Positions 53,559 through 64,000 of a stretch of DNA of 64,000 bases are shown here, piece by piece. The notes below the pieces were generated by a model that worked only from the letters and a program-made list of their open reading frames with translations, made no database searches and was not told the origin of the DNA. The stretch is from Camelus dromedarius (Eukaryota). The position numbers and the translations under genes are program-made. The first letter of the stretch is position 1. Each line of letters begins with the position of its first letter. Location of the stretch: assembly GCF_036321535.1 (NCBI RefSeq), contig NC_087436.1, positions 33,234,001 through 33,298,000 of the forward strand, read 5' to 3'.

Positions 53559-54709
53559 AGTGGTTTAATTTTTCAAGCAATAATTTCTGATTACCTGCTG
53601 TGTACCTCATGTATAAGCAGACTCTTAAAATTTTATGGAAAATGTATGTAATAATTGAAAAAAATATTTGATGAATAATTAACTGGGTGAATAAAGTACG
53701 GAACACGCTTTCTTTGGCTTTAGCATTAAATCATCATAAGAAACCACCTAGGTTTATTCAATTTAAATTTAATACAGAAAAATGATCTTTTTGGAGAAAT
53801 AGGCCTCTTCTATTGAATTATTTCTGTTATTTAATTTAGGAGGTTTGTAGACTCATAGGTTCAAGTGCCATCTTAAATGGAAATCTCATCTCCATCATGT
53901 GTTGTAACACTTACAGTATTTTAATGGGATATGAGAAAGTTTGAAAATGTATACAAAGTCACCAAGAGTTTAAGTATTTAGAGACTTGATATTTAATGAT
54001 CAAAAGGACTGAACACATTTCCTGTTGATAAAACTGCTTGTGAAGGCATGTCTTCAAATATCTGGAGGGCTGACATTTAAAGTGAAGGTTAGACTTACTG
54101 TTTATAGGTCCAAAAGGCTGAGGGAACCAAAAATAGAGGAAATGTATAGGGAAATGAACTTTAGTTTTAAAAATAGCATTTGTAAAATTAAAATAATGAA
54201 AAAATTGAAAGAAATACTTTGTGAGATTGTGATGTATTTCCCTTTGTGGTATAGAACATACTTTGTACAATTTCTCTTCTTTTAAATTTCTTAAAATGTA
54301 TTTTATGGCCCAGGATGTGGTCTATCTTGGTGACAATTCCGTATAAGCTTATGAAGAATTCATATTTTGCTGTTAACGGATGGGCTATTGCAGTTAGACC
54401 AAGTTGATTGATAGTGATGTTTCATACCATCCTTACTCATTTTCTGCCTGCTAAATCTATCACTACTAACAGAGGGGTGTTGAAGTCTCCAACTATAATA
54501 CTGAATTTGTCTGTTTCTTATTTTAATATTATAAATGTTTGACTTCTATATTTTGATGCTCACCTGTTAGATGGGTTCAGGTACAGGATTGTTACGCCTT
54601 TTTGATAAGTTGACCTCTTTGTCATTATGTCATCCCTGTCTCTATTCTTGATAATATTCCTAGTGTTAAAGTCAGCTTTGTCTGAAATTAATAGTTATTC
54701 CAACTTTCT

Positions 54710-55446
54710 CTTTTTTTTTCTAATTTTTTATTTTATTGAAGTATAGTTGATTTACAATGTTAGTTTCTGGTATAGAGCAAAGTAATTCAGTTATACATAT
54801 ACATGCATATATATACTTTTTCTTTTCAGATTCTTTTCCTTTATATGTTATTACAAGAAACTAGTTCCATGCTCTATACAGTAGGTACTTGTTGTTTGTC
54901 TATTTTACATTAAGTAATGTGTATCTGTTAATCCCAAACTCCTAATTTATCCCTCTCCTGCCCTTTCCCCTTTGGTAACCATAGTTTGTTTTCTATGCCT
55001 GTGAGTCTGTTTTTGGTTTGTAAAAAGAATTTGTATCTTTTTTTTTTTTAGATTGCACATATAAATGATATTTGTCTTTCTCTTTTTGGCTTACTTCACT
55101 TAGTATGATAATCTCCAGGTCCATCCATGTTGCTGCAAATAGCATTATTTCATTCCTTTTTATGGATGAGTAATATTCCATTGTGTATATATGCCATATC
55201 TTTATCCAGTCATCTGTCAATGGGCATTTAGTTTGTTTTCATGTCTTGGCTATTGTTAATAGTGCTCCTAAGAACACTGATGTGCGTGTGCCTTTTCAAA
55301 TTATAGTTTTCTCCGGATATATGCCCAGAAGTGGGATTGCTGGATCATATGGTAGGTCTATTTTTAGTTTTTTAAGGAACCTCCATACTGTTCTCCATAG
55401 TGGCCACACCAATTTACATTCCCACCAACAGTGTAGAAGGGTTCCT
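54710..55446 (-). mobile_element. Young 5'-truncated L1 (ORF2 C-terminus plus 3' UTR), nested
   Basis: ORF 54993-55220 encodes the L1 ORF2 C-terminus ([41 protein letters not shown]). T-tail at 54711. 15-bp TSD ttattccaactttct (54695-54709) / ttactccaactttct (55447-55461). Confidence 0.92.
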
Positions 55447-56558
55447 TTACTCCAACTTTCTTTTTAGTGTTATCGTGATATATCTTTCTCCACCTAATTA
55501 CTCTTAACCTATTTAAAGTCAGTTTCTTAGGTAACATATAGCTGGATCTTGCCTTTTAATCCACTCTGATAATCTGTCTTTTAATTGGGTTATTCACATT
55601 TAAAGTGATTATTGATACATTTCAATGAATATCTGTCATGGTTGTAACTGTTTTCTGTTTGTTATCTTTGCACTTCCCCCCCAACTCTCTTTTTCTGCTG
55701 TTTTAATTAAGCATTTAATAAAATTCCATTTCATTTTTTGATTTTTGGTAGCATATAAATTATACTTCTTTTTATAAAATTCTTAGTGATTGCCCCAGAA
55801 TTTGCAATATACTTTTTAAACTAATCTAAATCAACTTTAAATAATCCCATACCACTCCCATGTACTGTAAGTATCCTATGAAAAAGTGTTCCCATTTTCT
55901 TCCTCCTTATGACATTGCTGTTATTCATTTCAATTATCCATATGTTATAATCACCCAGTGCATTATTATTATTTTTACTTTAAACAGTTATCTTTTTGAT
56001 AATTTAAGAATAAAAAACGAAGGATTTTATATTACCTTAATTTATTCCTTCTCTAATGTTCTTTATTTCTTTATGTAGATCTTAGTTTCTGTATTATTTT
56101 TGTTTTTCCTGAAGAGTTTTATAAGTATTTCTTGCAAGGCAATTCTGTTGGTGATGAATTCCCTCTACTTGTATTCATAGAGGAAAGTTTTACTACTTCT
56201 CTAGTTTTGGAGGATGATTTTACTGGATATAGAATGCTGGGTTGATGGTTTATTTTCTTCTAACACTTTAAATATTTTATTCTACACTCCTACGTCCATG
56301 GTTATGAGAATTACATTCTAATTCTTATCTTTTTTCCTCTGTGGGTAAGATATTCCCCCCTCTGGATTTTTTTCGAGATTTCCTTGTTTTCTTTGTCTTC
56401 CTGATGTTTGAGTATGATATCCTTAAGTGGTTTTCTTTTCTTTTTTTCTTTTTTTTTTTGGAGATGTGAATATTTATACTACTAGGGACTCTCTGAGCTT
56501 TCCAGATCTCTGATTTGGTGTCTGTCATTGATTTTAGAAACTTCTCAGTCATTATTAC

Positions 56559-56962
56559 TTTTTGTGACCCATCCTCAAAGACAGGATGGAGCCAGGTCAA
56601 AATCTGATACGAAAGTTGATCCTGATGATAACAAACACATAGACACAGACATACACACACACACAGAGGAGGATCTGAAAAGTTTTATTTCTCACATAAT
56701 GAGGCTTTCTAGAAAGAGCAAGAGAACTCCCAAGCAAATGCTACAGTTCTTGTCAGAGCTAGGAAAAGAAATTGTGTTGTGGTTTTATGGTGGTTAGGGA
56801 ATAGAGCCAAGACGAATGTTTCTATGCCATGGTGTGAACCTCCTGCTAGCCCCAAGGAAGGAGCATGTAGGCTTATCCAGATGTGGGACACAAAGGGAAA
56901 GAGGGAAGAGTGAGGATTAAAGATGTCAGAAATCAAACAGTGGAGTTAGATTTGTGATTATA
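56559..56962 (-). mobile_element. ERV1 solo LTR (MER89/MER90/MER110-like), nested in L1
   Basis: Interrupts the host L1 phrase cagtcattattac|ttccagtatt. 4-bp TSD ttac (56555-56558, 56963-56966). Shares motifs with 33260-33641. Confidence 0.7.
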
Positions 56963-57239
56963 TTACTTCCAGTATTCTTCCTGCTCCATTCTTTCTTTTT
57001 CTGGTATTCAACTATGTGTATACTGCAACTTTTGAAATTGTCTGTTTTGGATGTTCTGTTCTGATCTTTTTTTTCATTCTTTTGTTTCTATGTGTACTTT
57101 AGTTAAGAGATTTCTACAGACCTATCTTGAAGCTACTGACTCCTTCCTCAGCCATGTGAAATCTGCTGAGCCTATCAAAAGCATTCTTCATTTTTGTTCC
57201 AGTATTTTGAAGTTCTAGCAATTCGAAATATCTTTCTTA

Positions 57240-57416
57240 AAAGGATATTGTATAACATGGGGAATATGGCCAATATTTTACAGTAACTATAAGTAGAGTG
57301 TAACCTTTAAAAATTGTGGATCATTATATTTTACACCTGTAACATATAATATTTTACAGCAACTATACTTCAATAAAAAAAAGAATAGTATGGTCCAAGG
57401 AAATACATTAAAAAAT
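57240..57416 (+). mobile_element. Young short L1 3' end, nested in opposite orientation
   Basis: tgtataacatggggaatatggccaatatttt...aacctttaaaaattgtggatca...caactatacttcaataaaaaaa; TSD tctttctta (57231-57239, 57417-57425). Confidence 0.85.
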
Positions 57417-59039
57417 TCTTTCTTAGAGTTATCTCTCTGCTTACATTACTCATCTGTTCTTTCCTGTTGTCTTATTTTCCATTAGCCCTTAACATGTTAA
57501 TCATAGTTATTTTAAATTCTCTGTGTGGCAATTTCAACATGTATATCACTCTCTGAATCTGTTTCTGATAGTTGCTTTGCCTCTTTAGACTGCATTTTTA
57601 CTTGCTTTTTGGCATTTCTTGCAACTTTTGTTGTTGTTGTTGAAAGCCAAGCCTGTTTTATTGGATAATAGGAAAGGAGGTAAATTGACCTTTAGTGTAG
57701 GAATTTATTTTCCTCTGGCTAGAAGTTTGATTATGGTTACTGTTTGATGTAGTTATACCTGCTAGAGATGTTGAGTGTCTCTAGTGTGTTTGTTTTTGTC
57801 TCCCCTCTTAAATTTGGGCTTCCTTAAGCATTCCTCATCAGTGTAACTGAAGCTTCTTCATCTTTAATCCACTATTTTATATTGTATTCCTGTTAGTGTG
57901 GTACTAAGGTTTGGAGGAACAGGAGCAGTCTATAATCTTCCGACTATTTATCAGTGTTTTAGTATGTCTGTGTCTCAAGTCTGTGATCTTGACAAGTGTT
58001 TCTTCAGTGATAACTGCTCTTCTCTTCTGACCCCCATATTCCCTACTCTGATGTCATTATTTTTAATCCATTTCGTTGAAGCTTCAGCCCCTGTTAACTG
58101 TTTTCTCTTTCTTTTTTCCCTTAATGGGACAAGAAGACTAGAGGGGACTAGAGTGGAAGAATGCCCTTTTTTCACCTGAGAGAAGACTCCAGCCAAATCA
58201 TTCTCCCTTGTGAGTAGGCCTTTGTTATGAAGAAGGTTCTGTGCATTTCACAGTGATTATTCTTCTTTTATCCCTGCCAGAGCCACAAGGGGTCTTTCTC
58301 AGATATTCACTTGGTGGGGTTCCTGGAGGTAAAGCCAATGAGATTGTGGGAGCCTCCCTAAGCCTACCATACCTAGGAGTTTTTCACTCTCAAGCTAGTC
58401 CACACTTGACCTGTAGAAACTTGTCAAAGTGACCAGTTAAGTGTTACTGCTAGTTTGTGGCTCCAGGAGTTTTCACACCAGGTATATTGATCTTGGCTGT
58501 GTCTCTCTGCATATGCCTGTTTCTCCAATTTCCAGAGTGGCAGTTTACCCTACAGTCTCATTTCTTGATGACTCCAAGAAAAGTCACTAATTTTCAGGTT
58601 TTCTAGCTTTTTTGTTGTTGTTGCATGAACAGGATCTGAACAGGATAGATGACTACCAAATTGGAGCTAAAACCTATACAAATTGGAGCTAAAACCTTTA
58701 TTTTTAATGATCAGAAAAAGTTTAAGATTAAGGAAAGTTTACAAAGTTGTTCATATAGTTCATAAGTAGTATAGGAATATCTTCCCCATCTCCGGATATT
58801 TCTATTTGGTTTCTCTTCTGCCCCCAATTCTCTTAATTCTCTTCTCATTTTCAGGTCTCCTCTTAAGAGTTACTTCCTCAGAGATGCCGGGAAGATATGA
58901 GATGCTTTGGGCATAGACTCTATAGTTAACTTGCATGTATTTGAAACCTAGCTCCTTTGCTTACTAATCAGCAAATAATACCTTGATTTTGTAAAGTCTG
59001 ACAGTGTATAGGGCCATTATATTGATGTCCATCACTATG

Positions 59040-59212
59040 CTTTTATTCTGGTAATCACAATATTCTGAGATAAGCTGGGCAGACATTACCTTTCTCATTT
59101 TGTAAGGATTCATTGTCTTGCTAGAATCCCACCAGTAAGTAGCTGAACTAGAACTTTAGTCGATGGCTTCTGACTTTAAGTTTAGTGATTATTCTATATC
59201 CTGTACTGCCTC
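59040..59212 (-). mobile_element. MIR SINE
   Basis: attacctttctcattttgtaag...ccagtaagtagctgaactagaactt...ctgactttaag...tgtactgcctc. Confidence 0.6.
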
Positions 59213-60669
59213 AGAGGATTTTAATGAGCTCTTAACCATACTCATGTTGTAGTCTAATTGGTATCCCATTTTATTTGAGAGAAAATAGCAAAAATAAGAA
59301 TTAAAAAATTCTTTTCCTTTTAACCTTCAATCTTCCTTCAGTACTCTCTGTGCAGAGGTGTGGTTTAACTTTTGTTTGTTTGTTTCTGCTGAAATTCACC
59401 TTAAGAATCTCAACATTTGTAGAATGATGGCAATGATATGGAAAATGCAGGTCTTACCAGCATTTCTGTTCACAATACGTAAGAAAATCAGGGTGAATAT
59501 TTTGAAGGAAATTGAGTTACTGTATAATTGTCCTAATTTTCACTTTATTTTAAATTTGTACATGCTACATAGAATCCCTAAAGATTTCACAAATGTTACA
59601 TTAGAGTTTAAAAAACAGCTGTGGTTAACTGTAACTGCAGCCTTTTTTCTGGGCCTGTCATTGTCAACAATATTCTACATATTCTTTGTTCTACAAATAT
59701 TCTACATTTTATGTATGCTTTTGTTACCAAATACTTTGCTATGTGTATTGCCATCAGTCTACAAATTAGCACCCAGTGATTGTGGATTTCCAGCTTGACG
59801 AAGGAAGTAATTATTACATGGAATAAGGAATAGGTCATTAAATTACAGAAGATCCCATCATCCTTTTTTTAAAAAAATTTTTTGTAAACTTGTTCATAAG
59901 TCTATAACTCAAACTGCTTTATATGTTTTAAGAGCAGGGCACAGTGCTACTGTTCAGATTATTAACTGACTCTGGGTGGATCATATAATCTCATGCGACC
60001 AGAGAGCTTGTTCCTGATCCGGGGGAGCTGCAACACTGAACCAAATCCACAAGCCAAGAGGGAAGTCGGGGCCATATCTTTGTCTTAATTCTGTCAAATT
60101 GGTCACACTTCTATTACACTTAAAAGAGTTGACAAATTTGTAGTGCATTTTCCAAATGTCACACTTAGCTAAGAACAATTTATATCCTTTGGGTTTTCCA
60201 GTAAGTCATTTTAATCCCCTTTAATATTTTTGGCATCACCATCTCACCTAAATACAAGGCTGGGAAAAGACGAATTCAGAGTATTAACAATTAAAATGCT
60301 CAGTTGTTTTGCCAGCTCTTCTGGAGAACACACTCTGTTTCCCAGCTGTGTGAAATATATACATTTTATTTTACAGCACACAAATAGAGAATTATTTTCA
60401 TAGCTCTGTAAACAGACAAATTAAACTGCTGTTCAGGCTTGCTGAATCAAGGACCACAGTTCCATATTACTGGCCAAGTCTTTTTTTTTTTGCACTGACA
60501 AAACACTTTCTTATATTTCTATTTACAATGAAAAAATTTAAGAGAAAATTTTTTATAAGCCTCCTTATAGGATCTGTTAATTTCTTTTTTCAAATAATTG
60601 TTGAGAACTGTTTTTAATTCTCTAAAGGATGGATGCATTCTGAATACTTTATGAATTAGTGGACATCAG

Positions 60670-60880
60670 AATGAGTTCCCAGGATTCCTAGGGTCATCAG
60701 GAGGAGCCCCTCAGAGCTGCTGCCAGGGATTGGAAGAGAGCTGTGGATGGGAAATAATGAGTGGCATAGTTATGGGTTTTTCATTCCTGAGGATGGAGTC
60801 CTTTATAATATTTATTTTGTCATTAGAAAAAATAAGCATTCCACTGCTAAAATAACAACACAAGTTTGAAGGCCCCTAGC
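60670..60880. mobile_element. Possible hAT-Charlie fragment (MER102/MER20-like)
   Basis: ttcctagggtcatcaggaggagcccctcagagctgctg...ttccactgctaaaa...aagtttgaaggcccctag resemble Charlie-type ends. Confidence 0.35.
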
Positions 60881-62639
60881 TTTTTGCAGATGCTGTTTAT
60901 ACAACAGTGTTTTTACTTGAACTGATATTGGGGTGTACTGTGTCAGGAAACATTAAAAGTAATTTTAATGACTTAATCATGGACTTTTAAAGCATTTAAT
61001 AGGGAATGAAAATTTTAGGAAAATGATAAGGCTGAAAATTCACAAAAGTAACAGATTATTTTATGTTATATTTTATGTTATATTATTTTATATATGTGAG
61101 GATGTAAGGACATTGACATTTCTATTCTGCAAGGAAGTCTGTGAACTGGGAAGTCCAGTTGGTCATTATTCTTGAGAATTGTTAGCCAGTCACAACTCTT
61201 CCCTCGATAGTTCAAAGACTATTCAACTCTAAATACCCAGAAAAAAATACCAGATTTTTATTTCAAATTACTTAAAATTGGAGTAACCATTAAATTACCA
61301 TAAAGTGAAGCAAGCAACTCCCCAAAAATAGTTTTAATTCAATGTTTCAAAAGTCATATAAGAAGTGTTATTTGCTAGCAGATGAGTTTTATTACAGAAC
61401 TAGAGATAGGAAGTCTGTAGAAATCCGATGTGGATAGTTTTCCTTTGCTTTCCTTTTTACTCAAAAAATTCTCTTGTCATATTTCAGCCTTTAGCCTTAA
61501 ACTTCATTATACTGCGAGGCCTGCCAAATTCTCATCAAGGCAACAGCATATAGATACAGAAGAAGTATAAATTATTAACATTAATAATCTGTCCTGTTCT
61601 TCCCCCACCTCATTTAAACTAATGGACCATATGTTGCCATTTTCTTTCAACTGTATCCAAGAACATTTCAGAACAAAAGAGGAAAAAAGATTGTAAAATA
61701 TTATATGACCACGACCTCACATTTATTTTCCAATTAAGACATGAAAAGTAATGATAACTGTGATACTTTTCATCTGTCTCTATGGAAATATTTCTGGATT
61801 AAAAATAGAGTAATCAAATTTTTGTTTTTTTATGTTGCAAAAGAGAAAAATTTTTTGAAACTGTTTCAAAGATTTCTAAAATTTAAAGGAAAAACATCAA
61901 CAAAAAGTAAGTCTGTTCTTTATTTTGTACTTGAGGCTGATTTTTTTCCTTTTACTACTCAAATTAATTGGCCAAGTTTTTATTTGTCTGTGAAAATCTT
62001 CAAAATTTTATATATGTTGTGAAGGCATATATAGTGTTGAATGAGTAGAACATGCTTTCTAGGCAGTAGGGAAAATAAGAGTAACAGAGTCTTAACAGTT
62101 GGATGTAGATCACTTTCAGGATGCAACAAGTAGTGGAGAGAAACTGAGATGTAGCTTATGGTAAAGAAGAATAGAGACTGATACAAGGATTTTAAATGTT
62201 TCAAATCATGTATATTTGAAAGTTTGAGGGAAAACCAAATAGACTCTTGAGGGCAAATTTAGCAAATATAAAGGAAAAGATGGTTGAGGCACAAATATTA
62301 GGTTCAGAAAACTACATAAGGGTAAGCAGAAACAGGTGGATCTCAGTATGCTATGGTAGTGACCCAGTCTATCCATGAATTCAAGTCTGGCTGGTTCTAA
62401 GCTAGGAGCTCAGTACAACAGCACTTTCTTAAAAGATGTCAGGAGCATCACTGGTGCTACTTTAATTGGAGAGGGGGGATCCCCAGACTTTGGCAATGGT
62501 ATAAGATGGTGCTGAGACAGAGTCATCAGTTCTCTCAAACTTGGGCTTTGGAAGGTTGTTATGTGAGCTAGAATATCTTCAGAATGATTAGGGATGAAGC
62601 TAAGGAAATGCTGTTTTCAATTTTTATTGTGAAGTAACA

Positions 62640-64000
62640 TAGAGGTGTGGCCAAGGTGGCAGAGTGGGAAGACCCTGAGCTCATCTCCTCCCATGGGCGC
62701 ACCAAAATTACAGCTAATTACAGCGTACTTATCTGTGAGAATGACCAGAAGACTAGAAGGAAATATCTTCTCCAGATAAAGATATAAAGAAGGAACCACA
62801 ATAAGCTGGGTAGGAGGGACAGAGATGTGGTACAGTCAAGACCTACACCCCCGGATAGGCTACCCACAAACAGGAGGATAACCACAATTGCAGAGGTCTT
62901 CCCCAAGGAGCAAAGAGTCCACGTCCCAAATCAGGCCTCCTAGCTTGGAATGCTGCACTGGGAAGATGAGTCCCTAGAACATCTGGTCTTGAGGCCAGGA
63001 GGGCTTACTTTCGGGAGAGCAAGAAGGCTGCAAGAAATAGACCTGGCTTTTAATAGATGTGTGCAAAATCTCGCACACTCCACGTCTGAAAGCCAAGGCA
63101 GTAATTTGAAAAGAACCTGGGTCAGACCCACTTGCTAATCTTGGAAAGCCTCCCAGAGAGGCAGAAGGCAAGTAGGACTCCCCCTGGAGACACAGATGCC
63201 AGTGGCAGTCATTCTGGGGGAGCTTGTCCTACCATTAGGACAATGATGATGGCAAGCACCAATTTGGAGTCTTTATTCCAGCGTATTGGCGCTGGGAGGC
63301 TTACCTATCCAACAGTAGACAAGCGCCATGCCTAGGCACACCTGGGCCCCACAACCAGCCACCCTGGGACTTGGCCTTGCTCACCAGTGGGCTAGAACCA
63401 GCCCTTGCCCCCTCAACACCCACAGCCAGCTGTGCTAGGACCTGGTTCCACCCCTCAGTGGGCCAGCACTAGCCCCAGTTTCCCAGGCTGTGCAGCCAGC
63501 TGACTTGGGACCCAGTCCCACCTACCACTGGACCTGTATTGGCCCGGGGGTCCCTCGCCCCCTGCAACCAGCAGCCCTGGGAATTGGCCCCACCCATCAG
63601 CTCTCTCAAGACATGTATTCTTTGCAAATGGTACAAAAAGATATCTGCGGTAGCTATACTTAGACAAAGAATACTTTAAAACAAAGACTGTAACAAGAGA
63701 CAAAGAAAGACACCCCATAATGATAAAGGGATTAATCCAACAATAAGAGGTAACAATTGTAAATATATATACACCTAACATAGGAGCACATAAATATGTA
63801 CAGCAGATGTTAACAAGCATAAAGGAAAAAACTGACAACAAAACAATACTAGTAAGGGACTTTAACACCCCACTTACATCAGTGGACAGATCATCCAGAC
63901 AGAAAATCTATTAGAAAATATTGGTCTTAAAAATGACACTTTAGGACCTTAATAGATATATATAGAACCTTCCATCCAAAAGCAACAGAATACACATTGT
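62640..64000 (+). mobile_element. L1 with 5' UTR joined directly to the ORF2 endonuclease region (ORF1 absent); runs off the window
   Basis: 5' end ggccaaggtggcagagtgggaagaccctgagctc, then a GC-rich UTR to ~63600. From ~63665 one frame reads KTKTVTRDKERHPIMIKGLIQQ*EVTIVNIYTPNIGAHKYVQQMLTSIKEKTDNKTILVRDFNTPLTSVDRSSRQKI, matching the L1 APE endonuclease NIYAPN and GDFNTPL motifs, with stops. Confidence 0.92.

Larger units (their letters stand above)
54275..58650 (-). mobile_element. Old L1 (L1MC/MD-like) 5' region, ORF1 and ORF2 endonuclease region, decayed, with three nested insertions
   Basis: ttttatggcccaggatgtggtctatcttggtg; agaggggtgttgaagtctccaactataat (antisense EN region); gaggatgattttactggatatagaatgctgggttga (antisense ORF1). 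The host reads contiguously once the inserts are removed. Confidence 0.85.

Noticed and set aside
54993..55467. ORFs with database-familiar peptide sequence
   Set aside because: These are the L1 ORF2 C-terminus and its antisense frame within a truncated retrotransposon, not a host gene.
33260..56962. Provirus bounded by two related LTRs
   Set aside because: They are 23 kb apart with no gag/pol/env between them, and the second LTR has its own TSD.
59358..59798. 146-aa ORF resembling a membrane protein
   Set aside because: Non-ATG start, AT-rich composition with an internal atattctacat repeat, and no recognisable domain or exon boundaries.
63455..63868. 137-aa hydrophobic minus-strand ORF
   Set aside because: It is the antisense frame of the L1 endonuclease and UTR sequence.

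Overview
This is AT-rich, CpG-depleted mammalian genomic DNA with no recognisable intact protein-coding gene. The ORF track consists of chance ORFs, microsatellite ORFs and L1 remnants. The window is intronic or intergenic and holds many decayed eutherian repeats (L1M-type L1, L2, MIR, MLT1/LTR33/LTR16-like solo LTRs, MER2, MER5A). It also holds younger L1 3' ends and a MER41-like LTR of cetartiodactyl type. I saw no Alu, PRE-1, Bov-A/BovB or CHR-2 SINE in 64 kb, so a camelid origin is my best guess (inference only). The main points of interest are a near-consensus splice acceptor with a short terminal reading frame at the window start, and a ~4.4 kb old L1 carrying three nested insertions with readable TSDs, one with a possible 3' transduction. 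Others are an ORF1-deleted L1, an L1 with twin-priming-like inversion geometry, and a patchwork direct/inverted-repeat scar. Candidate regulatory segments include two small non-repeat CpG clusters and a MEF2/E-box/AP-1/TFAP2 motif cluster. Repeat subfamily names come from recalled consensus sequences, not from a search, and boundaries are approximate. I found no evidence strong enough to claim a new biological system.
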